Shown: positions 39,750 through 48,535 of the stretch, in pieces
How the letters are laid out: every line of letters begins with the position of its first letter
Numbering within the stretch: position 1 is the first letter of the stretch
Assembly (NCBI GenBank): GCA_963662335.2
Contig: CAXXVD010000001.1
Location: forward strand, 64,001-128,000
Direction of reading: 5' to 3'
DNA from: Chloroflexota bacterium
GTDB lineage: Bacteria; Chloroflexota; UBA11872; VXOZ01
Length of the DNA: 64,000 nucleotides
Translations under genes and position numbers: made by a program
Notes under the pieces: generated by a model
Told to the model about the DNA's origin: nothing
What the model saw: only the letters and a program-made list of their open reading frames with translations
Database searches by the model: none

Positions 39750-40859
39750 ATGGGCAGAAAGCTCCGGGTCGGCTTGCTCTTTGGCGGACGTTCAGCCGAA
39801 CACGACGTGTCGGTGGTTTCCGCCCGCTGCGTGCTGGCGGCGCTCGATTCGGCGAAGTACGAAGTAGTTCCCATCGGCATCAGCCGCGACGGGCGCTGGC
39901 TGCCGGACGACGACCTCCGGCGCTCACTGGTGGACCAAGCGCAGGTGTCGCCCGGCGCAGATTCATCACAGCCGGCACTCAGCCCGGCCGCGGCCTTGGC
40001 CCGCGGCGCAACGGCCAGGGCCACCCACGACTCGTCGCCTTTCGCCGCGCTGGACGTTGTCCTGCCCATTCTCCACGGCCCCAACGGGGAAGACGGCAGC
40101 ATTCAAGGCCTGTTGCAACTGGCCAACGTGCCCTACGTGGGCTGCGACGTGCTCAGTTCGGCGTTGGGCATAGACAAACTGGTGCAGAAGCGGCTCTTCC
40201 GTTACGCCGAACTGCCAGTCGTCGACCACGTGGAAGTGCGGCGGCGGGCGTGGCGCGAGCAGCCGGACGCGTGTATCGCGGAAATCGAGGCCAACCTTGT
40301 CTATCCGCTGTTCGTAAAGCCGGTCACGCTCGGCTCCAGCATCGGCATCACGAAAGTCCACGCGCGCGCCGATCTCGCGCCCGCTCTTGACACGGCCGCG
40401 CGCTACGACCGTAGAATGATCGTGGAAGCCGCCGTGCCCCACGCGCGGGAGATCGAACTCTCGGTGCTCGGCAACGACGAGCCGCGGGTATCCGTGCCGG
40501 GGGAGATCGTGGCGGCGCACGAGTTCTACGACTACGCCGCAAAGTACGAGGCGGACTCGGCGCTGCACGTGCCGGCGCGCGTTTCCGATGCTCTCACGCG
40601 GGAGTTGCAGGCGCTCGCGCTCCGCGCCTTCAAGGCTCTGGAGTGCTGCGGCATGGCGCGGGTGGACTTCCTGCTGGACGGCGAATCCGGCGCGGTGTAC
40701 GTGAACGAGATAAACACCATACCCGGCTTTACGCCCATTAGCATGTACCCTAAACTCTGGGAAGCTTCGGGGTTGCCGTATCCGGCGCTGTTGGACGAAT
40801 TGATTCGCCTGGCGCGGGAGCGCCATAGCGAAGCCAGCGAGCAAGCTACCGCGCGGTAG
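39750..40859 (+). CDS. ddl: D-alanine--D-alanine ligase
   Basis: GGRSAEHDVS, LHGPNGEDG..QG, FVKP..GSSIG, FYDYAAKY, ARVDF, NEINTIPGFT..S. Confidence 0.96.
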   Translation: MGRKLRVGLLFGGRSAEHDVSVVSARCVLAALDSAKYEVVPIGISRDGRWLPDDDLRRSLVDQAQVSPGADSSQPALSPAAALARGATARATHDSSPFAALDVVLPILHGPNGEDGSIQGLLQLANVPYVGCDVLSSALGIDKLVQKRLFRYAELPVVDHVEVRRRAWREQPDACIAEIEANLVYPLFVKPVTLGSSIGITKVHARADLAPALDTAARYDRRMIVEAAVPHAREIELSVLGNDEPRVSVPGEIVAAHEFYDYAAKYEADSALHVPARVSDALTRELQALALRAFKALECCGMARVDFLLDGESGAVYVNEINTIPGFTPISMYPKLWEASGLPYPALLDELIRLARERHSEASEQATAR

Positions 40860-41136
40860 ACATGGCGCGCTAGACTGAGTAGGCGCTCTCTGTCATTCCG
40901 AGCGCAGCGAGGAATCTCGTGTTGCAGTAGGGCGGCAATCCGCATCCCCGTGGCGCGGGGGCTTGCCCCCCGCTTTGGGCAATTGAAGGTGGGGGCTTGT
41001 CCTCCGCTTTGGGCCGGATTGACTGACCGCGGGGCAGATGGAATCCGGCTTGCGCCGGAATGACAGTCCACGGGCGACGGCATCACGGTTCGTGCGCGAA
41101 GGCCAGAAGACGTGCAAATCAGAAGGGGCAGCCGCC

Positions 41137-42087
41137 ATGGTAAACGGTGACATCAAGATTCTCTCCGGCCTGGCCAACGTCCCATTGGCCGCCCAGATTG
41201 CCGACCTGCTGGGCACCGGCCTCTGCGACGTCAGCATCGAAGAGGCGCCGGATTCCGAGACCCTCGTAATGGTGAATGAGAGCGTGCGCGGCTGCGACGT
41301 CTACGTGGTGCAGACCACGTCCGCGCCCGTGAACGACAACCTGATACAACTGCTCCTGATGAGCGACGCCCTGCGCCGGGCCTCGGCCAAGCGCATCACC
41401 GCCGTCATACCGTACTACGGCTACTCCCGCCAGGAACGGATGGCCCACGGCCGCGAACCAATCAGCGCCAAGGTGGTGGCGGACATGCTCCAGGCCGCCG
41501 GCGTAGACCGCATTGTGCTCACCGACATCCACGCGCCGGCCATGCAGGGCTTCTTCAACATCCCCTTCGAAACGCTCTCCGCCGTGCCGCTCATCATCGA
41601 CTACCTGAAGCAGCAGGACCTCACGGATGCCGTCGTCGTCGCGCCCGACGTGGGCCGCGCCAAGCTGGCGGAAAAGTACGCCGAACGCCTGGGCGTGCCG
41701 CTGGCGCTGATCCACAAGGCCCGCGAATCCGCCACTACGTCGCGCATCGTTGGCATGATCGGCGAACTCAAGGGCAAGAACCCAATCATCATCGACGACA
41801 TCATCACCACCGGCGGCACCATCGTCGAGACCGCCCACGCCGTGATCAATGCCGGCGCGCAGCCCCGGCTGCGCCTGGCCGCCGTCCACGGCCTGCTGGC
41901 CGGCGACGCGCCGGACCGCCTGCATCAAGACTTCATTCAGGAGGTGATTCTGACCGATACCGTGCACGTGCCGGCCGACAAGCGCACGCCCAACATGTCC
42001 ATACTCTCCGTGGCCCAACTCTTTGCCGAAGCCATCCACCGCGTGCACAACGAAGATTCGGTAAGCGGCCTCTACCTCCTGACGTGA
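41137..42087 (+). CDS. prs: ribose-phosphate pyrophosphokinase
   Basis: ESVRG.DVY, DALRRASA, PYYGYSRQ, DIHA..QGFF, APDVG, IIDDIITTGGT. Confidence 0.95.
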   Translation: MVNGDIKILSGLANVPLAAQIADLLGTGLCDVSIEEAPDSETLVMVNESVRGCDVYVVQTTSAPVNDNLIQLLLMSDALRRASAKRITAVIPYYGYSRQERMAHGREPISAKVVADMLQAAGVDRIVLTDIHAPAMQGFFNIPFETLSAVPLIIDYLKQQDLTDAVVVAPDVGRAKLAEKYAERLGVPLALIHKARESATTSRIVGMIGELKGKNPIIIDDIITTGGTIVETAHAVINAGAQPRLRLAAVHGLLAGDAPDRLHQDFIQEVILTDTVHVPADKRTPNMSILSVAQLFAEAIHRVHNEDSVSGLYLLT

Positions 42088-42118
42088 GGCCGGGCTCTAC
42101 CTCCTGACGTGAGGCCGG
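42070..42118. repeat. 24-bp direct duplication of the prs 3' end
   Basis: CTCTACCTCCTGACGTGAGGCCGG at 42070-42093 and 42095-42118. Confidence 0.9.
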
Positions 42119-42160
42119 CCGCGCCGCCGCCGCGAGCGCGCTGCGCCTGACACATGGGCT

Positions 42161-42469
42161 TGCAAATGTCATTCCGAGCGCAGCGAGGAATCTAATGCTG
42201 CTGCTGCTGCTGCTGCTCGTGCAGTGCCGTACTCTAGATTCCTCACTTCGTTCCACCGGCGGCATGCAAATGTCATTCCGAGCGCAGCGAGGAATCTAGA
42301 GACGCTGATTGCGCAGGGCCGTACTCTAGATTCCTCACTTCGCTCCACCGGCGGCATGCAAATGTCATTCCGAGCGCAGCGAGGAATCTAGAGACGCTGA
42401 TTGTGCAGGGCTGTACTCTAGATTCCGCGAACAGGGTTCGACACTTCGCTGCGCTCCGTTCGGAATGAC
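42161..42469. repeat. tandem array of three TGTCATTCCGAGCGCAGCGAGGAATCT hairpin elements (BIME-like)
   Basis: Units start at 42161, 42265 and 42357; first loop holds (TGC)7 at 42196-42216. Confidence 0.9.
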
Positions 42470-42634
42470 GCGTGAAGTCAGTTCTGGAAAACATGCCCCC
42501 GTCGGCCCGCCCGCGCCCCGCCGGCGGCAGTAAACCGCGACCGGTTGTAGGCGCGCGCACAGATAAATGTCCCGCATCCGGTATACTAGGACTAGAGCCG
42601 CCAAGACGCGCGTTGCAAGAGGAGGTTGCGCGGC

Positions 42635-43372
42635 ATGATACTCGAGGTTGGCATTGCCTTCGGCGCCGGCGTTCTCTCCTTCCTCTCACCCTGCTTTCTG
42701 CCGCTGGTGCCCGCCTATCTGGTCTATCTCGGCGGCCGCCACGTCAACGCGGTGCGCCACGATCAGCCGGCCCAGCGCGCCGTCATCATCAATGCGCTCG
42801 CCTTCATTCTCGGCTTTGGCACGATCTTCGTCGCGCTGGGCGTTGCCATCACGTTCGTCGGCCTGGCTTTTCAGCAGGGCTTGCCGACAATGCGGCTCGT
42901 GGGCGGCGCGCTGCTGGTCGTCTTTGGCTTGAGTTTTCTTGGGTTCCTGCGCATTCCCTGGCTGCAGCAGATCCTGCAGCGTGAGGTCTCGCTCCGCAAT
43001 ACGCCCCTGGGGCGCATCGACACCGAAAAGACCGGCCCGCCCACGTCGTTCTTGATTGGCCTCGTGTTCGGCACCGGCTGGACGCCGTGCGTGGGGCCGA
43101 TTCTTTCCGGGATTTTGCTCCAGGCCTCCGGCTCCGGCACCGTGCTCCAGGGCGGCATTCTGCTGGCAATCTACGCCGCCGGTATGGGCCTGCCGTTTCT
43201 TGCAATGGCGGTGGCGATCGAGCGCGCTAGCGCGGTCCTGAACTGGCTCAAGTCACACATGCTCGTGGTAGAGCGGGCGAGCGGGGTCTTCTTGATACTC
43301 ATGGGCATCGCGGTCGCGTCCAATTTCCTCGCGTACGTCAGCAGTATTCTCGGATTGTATTCGTTAGGGTAG
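42635..43372 (+). CDS. ccdA: CcdA/DsbD-beta transmembrane disulfide reductase
   Basis: AGVLSFLSPC..PLVPAY and GWTPCVGPIL catalytic Cys motifs; multi-TM; RBS GAGGAGG. Confidence 0.93.
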   Translation: MILEVGIAFGAGVLSFLSPCFLPLVPAYLVYLGGRHVNAVRHDQPAQRAVIINALAFILGFGTIFVALGVAITFVGLAFQQGLPTMRLVGGALLVVFGLSFLGFLRIPWLQQILQREVSLRNTPLGRIDTEKTGPPTSFLIGLVFGTGWTPCVGPILSGILLQASGSGTVLQGGILLAIYAAGMGLPFLAMAVAIERASAVLNWLKSHMLVVERASGVFLILMGIAVASNFLAYVSSILGLYSLG

Positions 43373-43483
43373 GCGCCCGAGACGACCGCGAGCCACAGCC
43401 CGCCTACAGAGGTGAAGAGCGCCAATGCCGGCGCGAGGATATACGTCATTCACAGGACGACTGCTATGAAGAGGAGGAAGGCA

Positions 43484-44140
43484 ATGCAACGGAGACGCCT
43501 ACTGTCACTGCTGTTCGCCGGCGCGTCCGCCACCGCCCTGGCGGCCTGCGGCGGCGGGTCGGACGAGACGGATGCGGCGGAAGAAGAGACTGCCGGCTCC
43601 GCGCAGGGGTCCGCAGCGGAGCCTACCGCGGCCCCAAAACAGGCGGAGATTCCCCCAACCCCCGCGCCCACCGCGGCGCCGGAACTGGACTTGCCCATGC
43701 TGGGCAAAGCGCCCGAAATCAACCTCGACACGTGGTTCAATTCCGAGCCAATTACGATGGCCAGCCTGGAGGGCAAGGCCGCGGCCCTGGTGGTCTTCTG
43801 GACCTACACCTGACCGGTGTGCCGCAGCGAAGTCCCCAGTTTGGTGGACCTCTTCAATACCTATCACGACGATAGGTTCAAGCTCATCACCGTGCACTTC
43901 CCGTATGCCGGCTCATCCCTGGACGCGGCGAAGATCAAGGAGCAAGCGGACAATCTTGGCGTCACCTATCCCGTTGTCGTCGACAACGACCTCTCGCTTT
44001 GGAATGCCTACGGCAACCGCGTGTTCCCGTCCTTCTACGGCATCGACCGGCAGGGCAACATCCGCTTTGCCAAGTTCGGCGGCGGCGACGGCATGGAAGC
44101 CGTTTTCGAAGCGGTGAAGAAACTCAAGGAGTTTGGCTAG
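43484..44140 (+). CDS. TlpA/redoxin-like thioredoxin-fold lipoprotein, predicted selenoprotein (UxxC; TGA at 43811-43813 read as Sec)
   Basis: ORFs 43412-43813 and 43817-44140 are in one frame: ..LVVFWTYT-TGA-PVCRSEVPSL..YPVVVDND..W..YGNRVFPSFYGIDRQGNIR; RR signal and LAAC lipobox; RBS GAGGAGG. Confidence 0.88.
43829..43855 (+). promoter_or_regulatory. candidate bacterial SECIS hairpin
   Basis: GAA-GTCC-CCA-[GTT]-TGG-(T)-GGAC-(CTC)-TTC; apical loop starts with G, 25 nt after the TGA; single bulged U. Confidence 0.65.
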
Positions 44141-44231
44141 CGGGTTAGAGCCACCTGCCCTGGCAAGTGTTGGTTCGATTGTGTGTCCGTTCGCGGGGCG
44201 ACTGCTGCGCTGCGGACGGACAGTCATTTAA

Positions 44232-44243
44232 CCCCCCCCCCCC
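44232..44243. repeat. C12 homopolymer tract
   Basis: TTTAA-C12-TTAAA in the intergenic region upstream of the fucosidase. Confidence 0.85.
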
Positions 44244-44358
44244 TTAAACTCTCGCGCAGCCAGTAACTCGTGTTTCCCCCGGCATTGCCTCAGCCGTTAC
44301 GCGCCGCCTGTGCTAGGCTTGTGAGAACGGTTGCCAACACAGCAAAGGAGCGCATGGA

Positions 44359-45660
44359 ATGGACACCCAAAGTCTTCCCCAGCCCGCGCCGACGCCGGGC
44401 AATACCGCCTGGTGGACCCACGACCGTTTCGGCCTCTTCATCCACTGGGGCATCTACGCCCTGGCCGGCCGCCACGAGTGGGTGAAGAAATATGAAGAGA
44501 TCAGCGACGCGGACTACCAGCCGTACTTCGACCACTTCGATCCCGATCTCTACGACCCGGCGGAATGGGCGCGCGCGGCGCGGCAGGCCGGCATGAGGTA
44601 CGTCGTCCTTACCAGCAAGCACCACGACGGCTTCTGCCTGTGGGACAGCCAACTCACCGGCTACAAAGCCACCAACACGCCCGCCAAGCGCGACCTGCTG
44701 CGGCCCTTTGTCGAAGCCTTTCGCGCCGAGGGGCTAAAAGTGGGGTTCTACTACTCGCTCATCGACTGGCATCACCCTGAGTTTCCCGTGGACGGGGTGC
44801 ATCCCCAGGCCAACGACCTGGCGTTCCGGGAAGCTACCAAAGACCGCGACGTGCGCAAATACGCGGAGTATCTTCACGGCCAAGTGCGCGAAATCCTGAC
44901 CATGTTCGGTACCATCGACCTGCTCTGGCTCGACTTCTCGTATTCGCAGCAGGACTATGGCTGGAGCAGGGGCAAAGGCAAGGACGACTGGCAGAGCGAG
45001 GAACTCATCGCGATGGTGCGCGAAATAAACCCCGACATCATCATCAACAACCGCAGCGAAATCGAGCAGGACTTCCACACGCCGGAACAGTTCATCCCGC
45101 CCAGTTGGCTGCACGTGGACGGCAAGCCGGTGAACTGGGAGGCCTGCCAGACCCTGAACGGCTCCTGGGGCTACCACCGCGACAACCTGGACTGGAAGTC
45201 GCCAACGCTGCTGGTGCAGATGCTGATCGACTGCGTTTCGAAAGGCGGCAACATGCTCTTGAACGTCGGCCCTACGGCCCGCGGCCAGTTCGATCCCCGC
45301 GCCCAGGCGACGCTCGGCGCAATCGGGGGCTGGATGCGCCGGCACGGGCGCGCGATCTACGGCTGCACGCAGGCGCCGTTCACGCCCCCACGAGATTGCC
45401 GCTACACGTACAACCCCGAAACGAACCGGCTCTACCTGCACGTGCTCGCCTGGCCGCTGAAGTACCTGCACCTACCCGGCCTGCGCGGCCGCGTGCGCTA
45501 CGCCCAACTGCTGCACGACGGCTCGGAAGTCAAGACTTTGGACTTCACCCAACACCACCGCTACCCCAGCGGCGGCGAAGACCTGCTCACGCTGGAACTG
45601 CCCATCCAGATGCCTGACAATCTTGCGCCGGTGGTTGAACTCTTCTTGAACGACAGATAG
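44359..45660 (+). CDS. alpha-L-fucosidase (GH29)
   Basis: FGLFIHWGIY, TSKHHDGFCLWDS, YYSLIDW, LWLD, WEACQT...SWGY, NMLLNVGP. Confidence 0.93.
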   Translation: MDTQSLPQPAPTPGNTAWWTHDRFGLFIHWGIYALAGRHEWVKKYEEISDADYQPYFDHFDPDLYDPAEWARAARQAGMRYVVLTSKHHDGFCLWDSQLTGYKATNTPAKRDLLRPFVEAFRAEGLKVGFYYSLIDWHHPEFPVDGVHPQANDLAFREATKDRDVRKYAEYLHGQVREILTMFGTIDLLWLDFSYSQQDYGWSRGKGKDDWQSEELIAMVREINPDIIINNRSEIEQDFHTPEQFIPPSWLHVDGKPVNWEACQTLNGSWGYHRDNLDWKSPTLLVQMLIDCVSKGGNMLLNVGPTARGQFDPRAQATLGAIGGWMRRHGRAIYGCTQAPFTPPRDCRYTYNPETNRLYLHVLAWPLKYLHLPGLRGRVRYAQLLHDGSEVKTLDFTQHHRYPSGGEDLLTLELPIQMPDNLAPVVELFLNDR

Positions 45661-45752
45661 GATATGTACACCGGTAAACGTGCTTGCGCGCATGCACAGA
45701 AGATTCCGGTCGTATACGGTGCATGCGAGCGCCAATTCAAGGAGGCGTTGTA

Positions 45753-47165
45753 ATGGATACCCGGTACGCTCTTTTGCACGGCCTAAGTCGGCGCGCGCTC
45801 TTGCAGTCCACAGCCATAGCGGCTGGTGTGTTGGGACTTGCAGCGTGCGGCACGGTGGCCACCGCGCCCGCGGCCCAGCCCGAACAGGCCGCCGCTGAAG
45901 AGGCCCCCGCCAAGGCCGAAGAAGCGCCCAAAGAGGCTGAGCCGATCACCATCCAGTACTACACCGCGCTCAACGACCGGCAAACCGAACTCTACCCCAC
46001 CATGGTGGTGGACGAGTTCCAGGCGGCCTTTCCCGGCATTATGGTCGAAACGGTGCTCCGCGAGGGGCCGTTCTATGACAAGCTCCACGCGCTGGTCGCC
46101 GCCGGTGAGCCGCCGGACACGTCTTGGTTCTCGTATCCGGAGGCGTATCTACGCGGTGTCTTCACCCATGTGACTGATTATGTCAAGCGTGACAGCTATG
46201 ACATCAGCGTCTTCCCGGCGGGCGCGATGAAGACGCTCGCCATGTGGGAAGGCGACGTGCTGGGCCTGCCGAACCAGTCCGGCGGCTCGTGGCCGGTGAT
46301 GCCCTACAACAAGGAAATCCTGGCCAGCGAAGGCATCAGCGATCCGCCGCTGACCTGGACGGATGATAGCTGGAACGCCGAAGCCTGGCTCGAAGCCCTG
46401 CAGAAACTCGCCAAGTGGGAGGGCGACAACCCCACCCGCTTTGGCATCAACGGCATCGGCGCGGGCGTGATGGTCTACTGGGGCCCCATGTGGGCCGGCA
46501 GTTGGGTCAGCGAGGACCTGAAAACGGTCACCTGCGACAGCGAGGAGATGATCGCCGGCATCCAGTATCTGACCGATCTCGTGGCGCGCTATCGGGTCAT
46601 GGACAAGCCTGGCCAACTGAACGAAGTCTTTGGCACCGGCAACGCCCGCAACCTCTTCTTCGACGGCAAACTGGCGTTCTTCCGCACTTCCGGCGGCCAG
46701 ACTTTTGCCGTGGCTGAGGCCGTGAAGGACGGCAAGCCCTATGGATTCGCGCCCATTCCCAAGTTCGGCATCGTCGGCTCCGGCCAGGCGGTTGACCCCA
46801 ACGGCATCATTAGCGGCGCCAAGCACCCGGATGAGGGCTGGGAGTTCATCAAGTGGCAGGCCGATACGCCCAATTGGGCGATCACGCGCGGCAATGCGCC
46901 TTCGCGCCAGGACCACTTCGACGCCTGGGGCGAGGCGGTGTACGGCGGATTCGCGGCGGAAGCGCGGGTTGAGGTCTATCGCGAATCCTTGGCCCACGCG
47001 GTTAACATCGATCCTGTCTTCTCGTTGCCGAACTGGCGCATCCCCATTTGGCGCGACATGGTCGGCCCGGCCATGACCAAACTCTACAACGGCGAAGGCG
47101 ACGTGAAGGAGACTTTGGAGCAGCTCAAAGGCCAGATCGAGGGTGAAATGCCGGAGCTTGACTAG
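45753..47165 (+). CDS. ABC transporter sugar-binding protein (SBP family 1), Tat lipoprotein
   Basis: RBS AAGGAGG; SRRALL...LAAC; AAGEPPD, GLP...YNK, KHPDEGWEFIKW. Confidence 0.88.
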   Translation: MDTRYALLHGLSRRALLQSTAIAAGVLGLAACGTVATAPAAQPEQAAAEEAPAKAEEAPKEAEPITIQYYTALNDRQTELYPTMVVDEFQAAFPGIMVETVLREGPFYDKLHALVAAGEPPDTSWFSYPEAYLRGVFTHVTDYVKRDSYDISVFPAGAMKTLAMWEGDVLGLPNQSGGSWPVMPYNKEILASEGISDPPLTWTDDSWNAEAWLEALQKLAKWEGDNPTRFGINGIGAGVMVYWGPMWAGSWVSEDLKTVTCDSEEMIAGIQYLTDLVARYRVMDKPGQLNEVFGTGNARNLFFDGKLAFFRTSGGQTFAVAEAVKDGKPYGFAPIPKFGIVGSGQAVDPNGIISGAKHPDEGWEFIKWQADTPNWAITRGNAPSRQDHFDAWGEAVYGGFAAEARVEVYRESLAHAVNIDPVFSLPNWRIPIWRDMVGPAMTKLYNGEGDVKETLEQLKGQIEGEMPELD

Positions 47166-47207
47166 CCGCGAGAACGGCTGTAAGCTCCGATTCACTCGCA
47201 TGTATTT

Positions 47208-47239
47208 CAAGAGGGGCGCGGGGTACCGTGCCCCTCTTG
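47208..47239 (+). terminator. stem-loop after SBP gene (terminator or mRNA stabiliser)
   Basis: CAAGAGGGGCGCGG-GGTA-CCGTGCCCCTCTTG; no U-tract. Confidence 0.6.
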
Positions 47240-47258
47240 CGTAGGGAGGTTCTGCCGC

Positions 47259-48521
47259 ATGTCCGTATCCGTAGCTCAACTCGCCATCGCCGGCGGCGCG
47301 CCGGTGCGGGATGTCAAGACCCGGCCGTGGCCCGCCTGGCCGGTGGCCACCGAGGAGGACATTGCCGCCGTAGCCGATGTGCTGCGCAGCGGCAAGTGGA
47401 ACCGCTGGCGCAGCGACCGCGTGGAGGCGCTGGAAGAGGCGCTGCGGGAGTTCACCGGCGCGGCCCACGTAGTGGCTTTAGCGAGTGGGACTGCGGGACT
47501 GGAAGTCGCGCTCAAAGCGGTGGGCGTGCGTCCCGGCGACGAGGTCATCGTGCCCGCCTATACCTACGTTGCGACCGCCACGGCGGTCTTGCAGGTGGGC
47601 GGCGTGCCGGTCTTTGCCGACATCATCCCGGAAACGGAGAACGTCGCTCCCGCTTCGATGGAGTCGCTCATCACCGAGCGCACGCGCGCGCTCTTGCCCG
47701 TCCATGTTTCGGGGCTGCCCTGTGATATGGCCGCTATCAACGACCTTGCCACGCGGCATGGGCTTCGGGTCGTCGAGGACACTGCGCAGGGAATTGGCGG
47801 CCTTTGGAACGGCCAGCGTCTTGGCACGATTGGGGACGCGGGCGCCTATTCATTTCAGGCGAGCAAGAACCTGCCGGGCGGCGAGGGCGGCGCGGTGGTC
47901 ACGAACGACCCGGCAATCGCCGAAAGAGCCTTCATGTTGATGCACATCAACTACGAAGTCCTGGGCTGGAATTACCGGCTGACGGCCGTGCAAGCCGCGC
48001 TTATCCTCTCCCAGCTAGAACGCTTTCCACAGCAGCAGGCCCGCCGCCAGGCGAATGCCACCTTCCTGCGTGAAGCCTTGGCTGCGATTTCCGGCATTGC
48101 GCCCACGCGGGTAGACCCGTTCGTTACCGGCGACGGCTTGCACGGGCTGGGCGTGCGCTTTCTCAGCGACGAATTCAGTACCGGCGCGCCGGTCTCGCGC
48201 GAGACGTTTGCCAAAGCCCTGCGCGCCGAAGGCATCCCGTGTGCTCTGGGCTACGGCGCTCCGGTGTACAAGCTGCCGCTCTTCCAGGAGGCCCACAAGC
48301 GCATGCGAGACCAGTGCCCCGTGGCCTGCAACCATCCCGCAATGGCGGCCCAGGACTACGCCAACCTACATCTCCCAAACGTGGAACGCCTCTGCGGGCA
48401 GGGAGCGCTGCGCTTCAACCAGCCGCTCTTGCTCGGCTCGCGGGAGGACATGCAGGACATCGTGGACGCCGTAGCGAAGGTCCATGCCAACCAGGATGCG
48501 CTCGCCGCAACGGCAGTCTAG
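47259..48521 (+). CDS. DegT/DnrJ/EryC1/StrS PLP-dependent aminotransferase
   Basis: LAIAGG.P, SGTAGL, PVHVSG, VEDTAQ, SFQASKNLPGGEGG, LGWNYRL. Confidence 0.93.
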   Translation: MSVSVAQLAIAGGAPVRDVKTRPWPAWPVATEEDIAAVADVLRSGKWNRWRSDRVEALEEALREFTGAAHVVALASGTAGLEVALKAVGVRPGDEVIVPAYTYVATATAVLQVGGVPVFADIIPETENVAPASMESLITERTRALLPVHVSGLPCDMAAINDLATRHGLRVVEDTAQGIGGLWNGQRLGTIGDAGAYSFQASKNLPGGEGGAVVTNDPAIAERAFMLMHINYEVLGWNYRLTAVQAALILSQLERFPQQQARRQANATFLREALAAISGIAPTRVDPFVTGDGLHGLGVRFLSDEFSTGAPVSRETFAKALRAEGIPCALGYGAPVYKLPLFQEAHKRMRDQCPVACNHPAMAAQDYANLHLPNVERLCGQGALRFNQPLLLGSREDMQDIVDAVAKVHANQDALAATAV

Positions 48522-48535
48522 GAATCGCCAAGGCC

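Noticed and set aside
39590-40102. N-terminal extension of MurF in the ORF track
   Set aside because: It overlaps ddl on the opposite strand; a GTG start with AAGGAG RBS at 39589 is more plausible
83-40859. Vancomycin-resistance cluster (vanZ-like plus ligase)
   Set aside because: The genes are about 39 kb apart, there is no vanH/X/R/S, and the ligase has the FYDY..KY loop of D-Ala-D-Ala ligases
43412-44140. Pseudogene or two small genes
   Set aside because: The stop falls exactly on the catalytic Cys column, both halves look intact, a SECIS-like hairpin follows and selB is present
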